Below are positions 23,281 to 37,591 of a stretch of DNA of 64,000 nt, one piece after another. A program made the translations under genes and the position numbers. This DNA comes from Eledone cirrhosa (lineage: Eukaryota). The stretch spans positions 321,594,001 through 321,658,000 of the forward strand of contig OZ024742.1 of NCBI GenBank assembly GCA_964016885.1, in the 5' to 3' direction. Positions within the stretch are counted from its first letter, which is position 1, and every line of letters starts with the position of its first letter. Under the pieces are notes generated by a model. It made no database searches, had not been told where the DNA came from, and saw only the letters and a program-made list of their open reading frames with translations.

Positions 23281-25164
23281 ATGGCTGAGCCACGCCCCCA
23301 GCGATATGTCTGCTGTCGTGCGACAACGACGTAGAAGTTGAGAGGAGCGCTACAGCGAAATTAACACAAATTGATAACACAAACACCACCACAAATAATG
23401 TAAACAAAGACACCAATGATACCAATGAGAACTCTAATTGTGAAAAAAATGACAGTAACAGCGACAACGAAAATACAGATAACAGAAAAAAAATGACAAA
23501 TGCAACAACAATATCAACGCCACTAACATGAAAACAAATAGCGACAACACCAACAGCAACAATACCAACTGCACCGAGAACAACGGTGGCAACAAAGACA
23601 ACGATGATAACAGCGACAGTGATAACAACACCAACAAGAACAACGACAATGACAACACCAACACTTTAGCTGCGGCAGCAGCAAAAAAGAGGCCATGCTT
23701 CAACATGGACCTCTCAAACAAAGATGAAAAGTTGGCCCAGGCATGGAAGCTCATCAAGCAAGAGCAAACCCGGGCCAACTTAACTGTCCCGGTAGAAGCT
23801 ATTGAGGCAGTGGAGCGCAGAACGGTGCATTATAGATGTATCTCAGCACAAACCAAAAGGGCAGCTTTAATCCCACAAGCAGAAGTCGAAGTCGTGCTGA
23901 GGTGCATCAGAGAAGACACCCAATACATAGAGAGGGCAGACAGTACGGCACCATTTCGGTGTTGTTCAAGTGAGAAGCCCTCGCTATGAAACACGCTATG
24001 GCTCCTTTCAAAACCAGCAAGGTCATAATGTACTCCTCCCACATGGGAAAAAGAACGGCCCGTCTCCGCATTCCCAGAATCCCACCAGGACTTGACATGT
24101 GGTGGCTTCTGGGATGTGTGATTGTGGAGGGGACGGATACCGTCCCTATAGAAGTGACCAGAACGGCCAGAGAGGACTGGTCCGGGGTTGAACTGGAGAT
24201 CCTTCTCCAGATCAGGCCCGAGAATATGAAGACAATCCCGGACCACATCCGCCTTCAGAATGGGACGGTCATTCACATTATGACCGAAGGCAAAAGGCCG
24301 CAGTGTTTTGTTTGTGGGGAAAAAACCCATTTGCGAGCCTTCTGCCCTCAACTGCTGAAAGAGGCAGCACCGGCAAAATTACCAACAACAACACCAATAG
24401 AAAGACCACCACCAACATTGACCACCCAGGGGGGAAACGAGGAAAGCTGTCAAATTCCCCCTCCCCCCAAAAATACACACACCAATAAAACCATAAACAT
24501 ACATACAGACACACTTACAGACACAGACCCCTCATCTACCAGTAGTGAAGATGAGGGAAAACCAAAATCCCCCAAACACAAAAAGAAAAAAACTCAACAA
24601 AGTACAAAATCACCCACAATAAAAAACGCAGACACCACCCACACAAACATCTCTCCAATAACACCAACATCTACACCACCATCACCATCACCAGAATCCC
24701 CCAAACGCAAACAACCTAAACAGACGCAAGAACAAATATACACACAAACATCTGAAACCACAGACACCGCACTCACAACAAACACAGACACAACCGAAAC
24801 AACACCACCAAAACCATCACCACCACAGCCACACAAACAAATAAAATCACACCAACAAAACATACAAAACTTCGTGCTCGTCAGGAGGGCCAACAAGGAA
24901 CTGATGGCCCTCGTAGCACGAAGTGAAAATATACAAAAAGAGGGGGAAATTTTTAAATCGAGCACATTTCGCGTGCCGGAAGATTTGGTTCTGGTGCGAA
25001 TGTCGCTCGATTTATGCAAAGAAATACGAGACAGCTTTCCTCGGGACGTGGGAACTCCGAACGTAAAACCCACTTCAAGACTTTTAAAGGGGTTCCCAAA
25101 AGAAACCCCACCAACTATGGAGGTCGAACAACCCGACCTTCACAAGAGCCCGGAAGGTAAGTAA
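23281..25164 (+). pseudogene. Tx1 ORF1 (gag-like, frameshifted)
   Basis: Asn/Thr-rich N-terminus, CFVCGEKTHLRAFC zinc knuckle, Pro/Thr-rich tail; split across ORFs 23528-23989 and 23986-25164. Confidence 0.85.
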
Positions 25165-25196
25165 ACCTTTCCTCTCTCTATTTTTAACCTGCCAAC

Positions 25197-28100
25197 ATGG
25201 CCGTATTAAGAGTAGGATGTTTAAATGTTCGAGGCCTGGGATCGTCCTGGAAGCAGGGTCACCTGCTCAACGACCTCAGGTCTCTAAAAATGGATGTAAT
25301 TGCCGTCAGCGAGACCAGGATTTCCGACACGCGCGCACTACCCCCCATTTTCGACGACTATCAGATCTTTGCATCTGTTAGCCGGCCGGGAAAGGGAGGC
25401 GGGGTGGCAGTGCTGTTTAGGAAAGGCCTGGATCTCGAGGTAAGGTCGATCTTCCGGGACCCGGGGACGGGAAGTTGGTGGTCCTGGACGTTAACAATAA
25501 CGAAGGCGGTGCCTTTAGACTGGTGGCCATCTATGCTCCTACTGGGCAGGACGACCGGAGATCTTTAGACGCCTGGAAGCCTTTCTGGGTACGTCTCGCC
25601 CTTTACTGTTAGCGGGGGACTGGAACGGCATCTTAGACGCACGCTGGGACTGTGTGGGAGTACCCGATAGGAGCGGGGGGTGCAAAAGCCTCAAGAACCT
25701 GATCAGTCAGTTCCAACTGTCTGACAGGTACCGACTAGATTTCGCTAATGCGCCAGTATGGACCTGGGCTAACCGCATAGGGTCATCTTGATCGTATATA
25801 GACAGGATATTCATTAGGAAAATAGACAGAAATAGTGTAAGCTGTCCACGTTTTGAAACGGTCGCCTATTCAGATCACAAGTTTGTGATCTGTATGGTCG
25901 ACCTAGATAAGACGCGTAGGTTAGGACCTGATTACTGGAAGCTAAACATGTCATTTCCGGCACGTAAGGCTTACAGGGACCAGGTCAACAATTTAGTTAA
26001 GAAAAAGTTGACAGGGGGAGTCGTCAACAATAGATGGTGGGGGGCTCTCAAAAGAGAGATTAGAGTAATGTCGATAGAGTTTAGCAAAGAAGTAGCGTTA
26101 GAGAAAAATAGAAAGGAGGGGGAGTTGGTAGATAAGTTAGACGAGGCTATTGGTAGTGGCATTGCAACTGACGTGCTCGCGGCGAGAATGGCATTAGACC
26201 ATTTCTTCAATGCGAAATACGAAGGTTGCATTGTCAGAGCTAAGGCGCGTGCTCTGAGAAACGAGGGAACCAAAGCTGTTCGATGGGCCCGCGTGGCAGA
26301 CGCGCAGCGTGGTAATAAAACCACGATTCGGTCTTTGACGGACCGAGACGGACACGAGCTGAGCGATTCCAAGCGGATGTGTGAGGCCTTTCGCCAACAT
26401 TTTGCTCGGTTGTTCGGGGGAAGTGGCGGGTCAGAGATGGTGGCGGACTTCAATCTCTACCACGATGGCTTGCCGCAACTCTCGACGGCTGACGCTGGGC
26501 GCTGCGAAAGGCCAATTACTTCAGCCGAGATTCAGGATGCCCTTGTCGGCTGCATGAGGCGCAAGTCACCCGGTTTGGATGGTCTGCCCTACGAGCTTTA
26601 CGTAAATATGCCAGACTTGTTCTCCAATCTCCTCGAAGCCCTCTACTGCAACTGGCAGCAAAACGGGAGTATTCCCAGTTCTGTGAGCCGGGCCGTAGTG
26701 ACGCTGATAAGGAAAGACGAGAACAAGAGGGACACATTAGACAATTTCAGGCCCATAACTCTGCTCAACACAGAGTTTAAGATTTTGGCCAGGGTGTTAG
26801 CGAAGAGGTTGGCGCTTGTCGTCGGGGATTTGGTTGGGGAGGCGCAAACTTGCGCAATCCCAACCAGATCCATACACGACAACCTCCACCTAATGCGATA
26901 CATCATAGAGAGGGCAGGGTGTAAACCTGGCTTCAGTGGGGCTCTGATCAATTTAGATCAATCGAAAGCATTCGATAGGGTCGATCATCGGTACCTGGAG
27001 GCTGTCCTCAAGGCGGCTGGCCTCGGCCCCGTCTTCAGAAGCTGGATCGCTGCAATGCACAGCGGCACCTGTTCGATGGTCAAAATTAATGGCCACCTCT
27101 CGGAACCGTTTCAGGTATCCCGATCGGTCCGTCAAGGGTGCCCTCTCTCCTCCCTTCTGTACGTATTGACTCTCGAGCCTTTACTGCGGAAGCTGGAGCT
27201 GTTGCAGGGCATCCCGCTCGAACCGGGACGCGGAAAGGCGGTGTCGGCTTATGCGGACGACATCACTGTGATGATGTCGGACACATCAGAAAACGAGGTG
27301 GTCGGCAACTTATTGGAGGAGTATGAAAGGGTGACGGGAGCAAAACTTAACCCGGAAAAGTCGGTGGGCTTGCAACTCGGCACCTGGAGAGTCAAGTCCA
27401 TGCCGTCCAACAGCGTCGTTAGGCGCTGGACGGACGGACCGGTAAAGTTGCTCGGGGTTTGGTTCGGGCGAGACCTCCAGGTGGATAAGAATTGGGACGA
27501 GGTGACGGGCAGGGTAGTCAGTCTCACCCAGAAATGGGCTGGGATGAAGCTATCACTGAAAGGTCGGGCGGAGGTGGCGAACGCGTACATCGCGTCCGTC
27601 ATCTACTACCGTCTGACCGTCGTCCCTTGCCCCCGTTCGCGCCTCGCCATCTTGGAGCGGCTCCTCTTTAAATTCTTGTGGAGGGGTCAGGTTCCGCTGG
27701 TGAGGCGGTCCATCTGCTGCCAGCACCCTCTACGTGGAGGGCTGGGCATGCCGTGGCTAATGATGCGCAGGCACGCGCTGAGACTGCGGCATCTCCAGAT
27801 ATTCTGCCTAAATGGTGAACAGGTGTGGTCGCCTTTTGTCAGACGGGCCTTTCCGCAGCTCGTTTCTTTGACTGAGCTGCAGTCCTGGGTCAAGAAGAGA
27901 CCGAGACTGGGTGACTGGCATCTGGAATGTTGCCAGGCACTCACTGCCCTCTACCAGGCGGGCAATGCGGTCAGTGGAACTTCCACTCTCGAGTTCTATA
28001 GAGGATTAGTGGTGGGCAAGTGCGACGACGCACTCGGAGAGGCTCTGGGAGTCAACGAAGTCGAACTAACCAGTCTGTACCGGAGGACTTTCGAGCCGGG

Positions 28101-28620
28101 GACGATGGATAATTTCCAAAAATCCCTCGCTTGGCAGTGCTACCGGGGGGCACTGCCGGTTCGAGATAAACTCTACAGGCACGGAAGTGCTGTCAGACGG
28201 ACCTGCCCGAGATGCGCGCAGAGCGACGAAACCGTTCTGCACGCACTCGTCCAGTGTCCGTGCATTACTGACTTGTGGAGTTATGTTGAACAGCTATTGT
28301 CGCGTGTAGAACGGATCCGGCTATCGGCCGAGTCCATAGTGAAGATCGACCCGCCGCCTTCTTTTGGCCAGGAAGGGCAGGCAATTTTCCTCTGACTGGT
28401 GGCAGTAGCGAAAGAGGTTGTATGGTGGACGAGGTTGAAAGGACTGAAGACAGACACTTTTCTCTTCGGCTAATCCCTCATCAACTTTTTCAAGTTTCAC
28501 TTGGAAAGGAAGGTGAGGGTGGAGAGAGAAGTGCTGCCCCCCAGTACATTTTCGGAAAGGTGGGTGAATGTGGCGAGAATGGCCCGTGTGAGTGGGCCTA
28601 CTCTGGTCATGCGGCTGTAG
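25197..28620 (+). pseudogene. Tx1 ORF2 (APE endonuclease, reverse transcriptase, C-terminal zinc finger), few lesions
   Basis: VGCLNVRGL, GDWNG, YSDH, YWKLN, KSPGLDGLPYE, FRPITLLNTEFKILA, DQSKAFDRV, RQGCPLS, AYADD, CPRC..ETVLHALVQC. One frameshift near 25465, stops near 25790 and 28393. Confidence 0.95.
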
Positions 28621-28920
28621 GTAGGTAAATTTGAGGAGGAGAGGGGGTGCCCTTCCAGGGTGCTCTCGAAGCGTCGGGTCGTTCAGGATTGGTGGGGTAC
28701 CTGAGCGAACCCTGGGTGGTCATCCCCCCTATTGGGGAATTTTTTCTTGTAATTTTATTGTTACTTTATTGTTACTTTGTTATTGTTATGCATATTGTTT
28801 ACTCGATTTTTCTGTAAAATCCCAATGTCCCAGTCTTTTGTATTGTCCCCTATATGTCGGCCCTTGTGGCCAATAAATGAAATCATTATTATTATTATTA
28901 TAATTATTATTATTATTATT

Positions 28921-29430
28921 GCTCTTTGAGTCTCAGTCATTGATGTTATTTAACTTGAAAGTTTGTTGAAATGAATATCAAGCCACTACCTGCAGCCTCA
29001 GATATTCAGGACGTATCGGAGGGTTCTTGCTATTCCCAGCAAGCATGCCTTTTGAAGTGTTCCAAAAAGCGGGGCTGAACTAATCTTCTTTAACCATCCT
29101 TGGAAACTCTTTGAGATAGTACCTAGTGCGCCTATGACAATCGGAACGACCTTGATTTCATGGCAGTTCCAAATCTTTTTAACACCCACTTTAAATCCTG
29201 GTATCGGTTAATTTTCTCCCTCTCCTTTTCTTGCACTCTCATGTCAAATGGGCAGGCTACATCTACAATCAGGCACGATCTTTTTTCCTTGTCCCAAACC
29301 ACCAGGTCAGGCCTATTGTGTTCCAGTTTCTTGTCAGTCTATATCCTAAAATCCTACAGCACCTTCACCCGATCGTTTTCTATCACCGACTCTGGCTTAT
29401 GCTCATACCACTTCTCATTATGTATATTGG
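28921..29430 (-). mobile_element. R4/Dong-like non-LTR 3' fragment ending in (AAT)n
   Basis: RPDLVVWDKEKRSCLIVDVACPFD...VVPIVIGALGTI...LQKACLLGIARTLRYVL (restriction-like endonuclease end); tail gagcaataataat. Confidence 0.82.
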
Positions 29431-29503
29431 TATTAAATTAAGCAGAGCATAATACTAATTCGTCCTTTTTATTATTATTAGTATAGATATATACATATTA
29501 TTA

Positions 29504-29576
<73 letters not shown>

Positions 29577-29592
29577 TATATACATATTATTA

Positions 29593-29651
<59 letters not shown>

Positions 29652-29685
29652 TTAGTATATATATATATATATATATATATTATTA

Positions 29686-29726
<41 letters not shown>

Positions 29727-29736
29727 CATATTATTA

Positions 29737-29786
<50 letters not shown>

Positions 29787-29791
29787 TATTA

Positions 29792-29855
<64 letters not shown>

Positions 29856-29865
29856 AGTATATATA

Positions 29866-29967
29866 TAGGGTGTTCCAAAAAATGTATACACACTTCAACA
29901 GCATTCTAATAAATATTGTCTGTACAGATAGGTAACCAAAGTGTGTATATTTTTGGAGGGGACACCT

Positions 29968-29969
<2 letters not shown>
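29866..29969. mobile_element. Tiny Tc1/mariner-type MITE in (TA)n
   Basis: Imperfect TIR agggtgttccaaaaaatgtatacacactt / aagtgtgtatatttttggaggggacacctt with TA flanks. Confidence 0.65.
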
Positions 29970-30013
<44 letters not shown>

Positions 30014-30096
30014 GGAGGTGAGTTTTATTGTAGTACAATAAAGCAATGCAGATATCGGATAAGAAGCACTCTACAATTTGTAGGACTGGAGTATAC

Positions 30097-30380
30097 ATAA
30101 TATATAAGAACAAAAGATGGTTAAAAGAGTTCCATGTATTTTATTATGCGCATTTCAAAAACAAATATCATCATGCAATAATATTTGTGTTTTCATCAGA
30201 TAAAACAGGAAGACATGATATGAAGGTTAAAAAACACTTGTGGATAGTTCAGTTTTAAATCAACATATATGTTGATTTCAAACTGAACTATCCACAAGTG
30301 TTTTTTAACCTTCATATCATGTCCTCCTGTTTTATCTGATGAATAAAATACATGGAACTCTTTTAACCATCTTTTGTTCT

Positions 30381-30390
<10 letters not shown>
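30097..30390. repeat. Spacer-less fold-back palindrome centred at 30267/30268
   Basis: Arms mirror around caacatatatgttg; the right arm is 48 bp shorter. Confidence 0.93.
30139..30205 (-). ncRNA. Type I hammerhead ribozyme with palindromic stem III
   Basis: ttttat-CTGATGA-aaacacaaatattattgcatgatgatatttgttttt-GAAAT-GCGC-ATA-ataaaa. Confidence 0.87.
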
Positions 30391-30468
<78 letters not shown>

Positions 30469-30565
30469 TGTGTAGTGTGTGTATGTGTAGAGTGTTGTAT
30501 GTGTGTATGTGTGTGTAGTGTGTGTGTGTATATGAATGTGTTCATATATATATATATATATATAT

Positions 30566-31078
30566 GGTGGCTGCCAACTCGTTTTCGAGTACGGCCACTA
30601 CTTTATATCCATGTAGGAGAACCCCTACCGATGCGCTGAACGAGTGTGGCTTTTTAGTTCAGCCAGCGACTTGAAAACCCTGGTACAAACACTACACTTG
30701 TGACAATTATTGACACATAGTGCTGGGCCCATGGTACCATGAGACGACAAGTGCAGAGAGATCTCCAGATATAAAGCAATGCCTGTGTCGTGAAGCTTTT
30801 ATAGTGAGCAAAGGCACTGCACAAAGCCAGTCCCACTCTCTTAACCAAGATGATATTTACCAAAAAGAAGAACAAGTCAACATCATTGGATACCATCAGG
30901 GTTGCAGGTGCTATATCAGAGTTTTCCTTCTCCTAGAATTCTGCCTTGACAAAGGCTAAGGGGTCATCTCTCCCGGTGACTTTGGATGGCCATTGATTCT
31001 TAAGAGCTCCTTTGCCCTTTGACAGGTTTTGTTTTTAGTCCTGCAGGATGTCCAAAGTCACCCTCCTCACCAAGAAAC
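30566..31078 (-). mobile_element. Non-autonomous RTE-derived element, copy 2
   Basis: Close match to 7100-7545 with the same internal junction; retains a 3' tail. Confidence 0.65.
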
Positions 31079-31400
31079 CTACATACATAATACATACATA
31101 CATAATACATACATACATACATACATACATACATACATACATACATACATAGGTTTAACTTGGACCCTAACCTAAATATATAGCGTATTTTATCTTGTTT
31201 GATAAATATGAACGCTACTTTAAAATAATTTTTTTTATTTTCTCTTAACGTCAAACCATCACACACAGACACACACACATACACACACAAACGCGCACGA
31301 ATACATACACACATACATATGCACACTCACATACTAACACAAACCGAAAATATCATGGGGAAATTACTCAAAGCAAGGAGGCCCTCAAGATTTTTACGCA

Positions 31401-31452
<52 letters not shown>

Positions 31453-31551
31453 GCGTGTGTGTATCTGTGTCTGTTTGTGTGCGTGTGTGTATCTGTGTGA
31501 GTGTGTGCGTGTGTGTATCTGTGTCTGTGTGTATCTGTGTGTGTGTGTGTA

Positions 31552-31605
<54 letters not shown>

Positions 31606-31869
31606 CAAACCAACAGTAGGTATGTTTCAGCAGCATTTGATGACGATGTATATTAAAGTATGTTCTGTCTCGGTAGCTAATTAGTTAAGGCGCCTGACTT
31701 GGCAATAAAAGTGGGGGAAGAGAAGTTTAATTTTCTTCAGACCTACTTGAGAACTTTGAGCATTTGAGAAATTTAGAATTGCTTCATATTGCATAGGACT
31801 TCTAAAAACATTTCAAAACTCATGAGCTTTCGTTTTATATATAGATACATGCATATGAATGTATCGATC

Positions 31870-32422
<553 letters not shown>

Positions 32423-32795
32423 TGAGGGCCTGTCCTGTCCTTATTGAGTGCTTTGCTACTCATTCCTAATTGTAGGTCGATTTTGCTTGGCCGCAGTCAA
32501 ACCTTCGATTTTACTAAGCTTCCACTTGTATATATATATATATATATGAGAGTATTGAAGTTTGCTTGAAGCATTGTGGAATAATAAGGTCAATTTCTTT
32601 AAGTCGTTTGGAAGCCTCGACAATGCAAATCTCCGGGTAACAAGATCCGGTGGTGGAGAGAGAGATGTAAGTGGGTGTACGTTGAGATGCGTGGCGTGTA
32701 TAAGACGTGTAGAGGAATGAAGGAAAGAGCGTAAAGGATAAAAATAAAAATAACAACACGAGAAAGAGTTACCTCGGGAGAGATTTAATAATTGT

Positions 32796-32831
32796 CCCTA
32801 TATATTTCGGATTCACATCCATCAAGTAGGG
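32796..32831 (-). ncRNA. Degenerate hammerhead motif
   Basis: cccta-CTTGAT-ggat-gtga-atcc-GAAATATA-taggg: stems I and II clear, core damaged. Confidence 0.5.
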
Positions 32832-32905
32832 TTTTTTTTCCGGTTCGGGGGGGGGGGGGTTGTCTGTCGGAAAGGTGCGAAGCGTGTCCTCCGCTGTTCG
32901 TTGTT

Positions 32906-32946
<41 letters not shown>

Positions 32947-33100
32947 AAGCAAAAGGGATATTCAATGATTATAAGAATATTTTTCATTTATTAATATTTT
33001 GAATAATATTAAATACTCCAGGAAAATCTTTTGTCGAGTGCTCCTAATCTATTGTAAAATTATATTCGTTGAATAATCAATGAACCATATTAATCTTTGG

Positions 33101-33137
<37 letters not shown>

Positions 33138-33307
33138 TTTAGATTCGTTGGTTCACCACTGGATAGAACTGGTCATTCCGTATAGTCAACCATGATGTAA
33201 TATTAGAGAAAGCACTCGACGTTATGCAACTCATCCATCTTCGTTTATGTTGAATCTTGTTGGTGATGCGAGGACGGAGTTAATTATTATTGAGTAAAAT
33301 GTGCGTA

Positions 33308-33338
<31 letters not shown>

Positions 33339-33579
33339 ACATACATACACACATCTATATATATATATTATAAAGAGTCAAGTCAGGATCCCGACGGCTG
33401 AGCTCTTCCCGTTTCAGCAGCTAAATTGGTATTTGTACTCTGGTGAGTAATGGTCTGACTAGTTTCAAACTGAATCCATCTCTCTCTGTATATATGATAT
33501 AGTACGTGCCTGATTACTTCCCTTTTACGGTCACATGACACGGGTAGTGGAGGCGACTACTACATACATACATAACCTT

Positions 33580-34690
33580 GTAAAAATTCTCTTGGAGGCC
33601 CTGTCTCACAGAACTGGGAATTCTCCCGTTCTGCAGTAGACGTCTGCCAAGAGGTCGCCGAACAGTTTGACATGTGTACGTAAAGCTCATAAGGCAGACC
33701 ATCGAAACCATGCAATTTACTCATAGCCTCCCGTACTTCAGCGGCTGTTATCGGCTTTTGGCAACACTCCGCCTCCGTGGTCGAGAGCGGCGATAGACCA
33801 TCGAGGTAGCCACTAAAGGCCATCCTACGATCCAGCCACGGCTGTCCCCGAACAGCTGAGCGAAGTGCCACTGAAAATCGTACACATTTGCTCGGGATCG
33901 AGTAACATGTGCCCGTTGTGGTCCTCAAAATGACCGGGTCGTGGCTTTGTTTCTACGACGCGCCTCCCCCACTCGAGCCCATCGAACGGCTTTCGTCTCA
34001 TCATGTCTGTGAGTATGCGCACTAACTCTGACAACGCAGTCTTCGCGCTTTGCGTTGAAGAATTGGTCGAGGACCAATCTCGCTACAAGTACGTCGGTTG
34101 CGATACCTTTACTAAGCGCTTTGCCTAACTTTCTAACTAGTTCTCCCTGTACTCTATTTTTCTCTATTGCTAAAGCCTTACTGAAACTAATGGACCCTCT
34201 TCTATTCTCCCTTTTCAGGGCGTACCACCATTTGTTGTTGACGACTGCCTCCGTCAACGCCCGCTTAACTAATTCACTAATCCGGTCTCTGTAGACTTTA
34301 CGCGCCGGGAGCGAGGCATTCAGCTTTCAGTATCCGGGTCCGCCTATGAAGCCTATCTGAGTCGACCACACATATCACAAATTTGTGGTCTGTGTAGTCA
34401 ACTATCTTGAATTGTGGACAACCTATGCTAGAACTATTTATTTCCCTATAAAATACCTTATCTAGATACGATTTGGATGACCCGATGCGGTTTCTCCAGT
34501 GTTGTGCGCACATGCGGACAACACTCCCGTGCCTATAGGGATTATCTCGATCTGGCAATGCTTCCTATAGCACTGCTATGTCAGAAATTTCTGGAAATTA
34601 TCTATAGTCCCCGGACCAAAAGTCCTCCGACATAGACGAGCCAGTTCGTTCTCGTCGACAACCAGTTCTCCGCCACTAATCCCCTATACC
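33580..34690 (-). mobile_element. Decayed, rearranged Tx1 ORF2 fragments (third copy)
   Basis: AVVNNKWWYALKRE, VDYTDHKFVICVVD, PITAAEVREAM..GFDGLPYELYV are homologous to elements 1 and 2. Confidence 0.88.
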
Positions 34691-35207
34691 ATGGAACTTT
34701 CACTGATCACAATGCCTAGCTTGTAGAGGGCTGAAAGAACCTGAAACCATTCTAGATGTCAGGTTTTTGTAGTAGAGTACTTTTCTTACTGGGTTGATAC
34801 TTGATTTTCTGGGCATTATTGTTGTTCTCCTCGAATTTGTATATGGCTTCAAAACCTCGTTGTAAGACAGTAGCGGATGCTGCTTTCGTCTCATATATAT
34901 GTATGTATTGGACCTCTGTCGGCCACGACAACGTGTGTTCTAGTTGATGTGATCAGCAGAATAGCATGCTCGTGAAATTAATGTGCAAGTGGCTGAGCAT
35001 TTCACAGAAACGTACACTTTTAAGGTAGTTCTCAGTGAATTTCTCTATCAGATTCGACAGGATGCGACAGGGTTGGTCTTTTGAATTACTCATTTTTGCC
35101 AGTTGAGTGGACTAAGCAACGTCAAACTAAATGTCTTGCTCAAGGGTACAACGCGCCCTAACACGCATGCATATATTATACGCACACACACACACACACA
35201 TATACAT

Positions 35208-35368
35208 ACAGGTAAAATTCCATTATAACGAATGCCATTATAACGAATTTTTCAGTATAACAGTTTTTTCAATCCCCGGCCACACGGTCAATGTGTTAGA
35301 TCGATCTCGTTATAAAGAATTTTTCGATACAACGAATTTTTTTATAACCAATGAATTTCATCACTGCA
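35208..35368. mobile_element. pogo/Tigger-like MITE remnant
   Basis: TA-caggtaaaattccattataacgaa...gaatttcatcactg with internal ttataacgaa repeats. Confidence 0.5.
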
Positions 35369-35506
35369 TATACACTCACACACACACACATATACGCACG
35401 CATGTGTATATATATATATATATACATATGTAAATATAAATATATGTAAATATAAATATATGTATATATACATATACATGCATACGTACATACATACGTA
35501 CATACA

Positions 35507-35537
<31 letters not shown>

Positions 35538-35712
35538 CATACAAACATACAAACATATATACATACATACATACATACATACATACGTACATACATTACA
35601 TACATACAAACATACATACATACATACATACATACATACATACATACATACATACATACATGCATACATATATACATACATACATACATACATACATACA
35701 TACGTACATACA

Positions 35713-35743
<31 letters not shown>

Positions 35744-36041
35744 CATACATACATACATACATACATACATACAAAGACAAATAGATAGACAGATGTCTAG
35801 ATGGGTAATTATAAAGAAGTGTCACATAACTCTAGTATCACTTGTTCCAATGACCCCCTCCCCTTCTCTCAAAGTGTTTTGGAAGTGATCTCTGCTATTG
35901 GAGTAACATAAATAAATAATATAGTTTCTCTCTCTCCCCCTCCCCTTCTCTCTTTCTCTCTCTCTCTCTATCTATCTATCTTACTCACTTACACCCATAC
36001 CTTCCTTGTCGCCCTCCTGCAACCTTAAACGAGACATTTAT

Positions 36042-36093
<52 letters not shown>

Positions 36094-36491
36094 ATGTGTA
36101 TGTGTGTATGTGAATGCATGTATGTATGTACTTACTTATAGATGTATGTATTTATATATTTATGTCTGTACAGACAGCTAGTGCACAGTAATATTAACAT
36201 TATAATAACAACAGCGACAACACAATGTATGTGTTTGTGTTTCCGTCTGTGTGTTTGTATGCGTTTATGCGTTTATGTCTGTCTGTCTGTGTTTGTATGC
36301 GTTTGTGTGTGTCCTTTGTTCTCTGTTCCAGAGGAAAGACAATATCTGCTCTGTCAATGTTATCGTTGTTGTTGTTGACGTTATTGTTGTTGTTGTAGAT
36401 TTGTACCACTTTAAGGCTTCTCTATAGGAATGCTCCACTAATTTCTCTCTATATGTTTCTAAAAGTGGTGATGGTTGTGCTGGGTGTCGTC

Positions 36492-36601
<110 letters not shown>

Positions 36602-36951
36602 CGTGTGCGTGCGCCCTAAGCATGTACCTATATATCTATGAATGTGTATCCGTATGTAGATGTGTACATACATAAATATACATATTTACACATTTTTGGA
36701 TGGCCGTTGACTCATGAGTTCTTTCGCCCTTTGTCAGGTGTTGTTTTTTTGTCTTGCAGGGTGTCGAAAATCCCCCTCCTCACCAAGTAAACTTGGTAGG
36801 GTTGCCGGTTTAGTCGCCGACAACCCGACCATGCGACAGATTGTACTGGGTTACATACATACCTACCTACATACATACATACATACATACATACATACCT
36901 ACCTACCTACCAACATACATACATACATACATACATACATACATACATACA

Positions 36952-36984
<33 letters not shown>

Positions 36985-37591
36985 GATGATGGCTGCAACT
37001 CGATTTCGAGTAATGCCATCGCTTGATACTGAAGCATGAGCATAACAGATGTGGCGTTTTGGCCCTGCTAGGGACTTGCCTATAGCCAGCAATATCATGC
37101 ATTGCAAAAATTGTCACATACATACATACATACATACATACATACATACATACATACATACATACATACATACATACATACATGCTAAGAACTAAACCAA
37201 TAGAATATTTTACTTATATTTAGTTCCATTAATGGTCTGTGCACGTTATTTTCTAACTAGCCGTATCCTTTCTGGTTTTGTGAAGGCCAGTATCTCAAGA
37301 CTAGGGCCGAATCTGTTAACTGCAAAACCAGGAGCTCCAATAATTACAGGTATCCATATAAAGCTATAGAACACGTGTTCGTTTCTGTAGATTTTGTATC
37401 AATTCTAGTTTACAATTTACATCAGGAATTTTCCAAAACTTTTTGATTCCTGTCCTCCCCTCTCTTTTTAAGAGAAATTTCTTGAGACATCCACCTTTCC
37501 CTTTTGGTAAAATAAAATCGGACTTTTCTCTGCTTGTGGGACCTAGCACAGTTCGGGTAAAATCAACCATTGGTGATTTTCTCTAGGAATG

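Larger units (their letters stand above)
23081..28920 (+). mobile_element. Near full-length Tx1-clade non-LTR retrotransposon (element 1)
   Basis: 5'UTR, ORF1 with CCHC knuckle, ORF2 APE-RT-Zn, 3'UTR ending ggccaataaatgaaatc(att)n; flanked by (ATT)n on both sides. Confidence 0.93.

Noticed and set aside
25971-27944. Antisense ORFs within the Tx1 ORF2s (also 40384-42466)
   Set aside because: These are shadow frames of GC-richer RT coding sequence with no independent motif.
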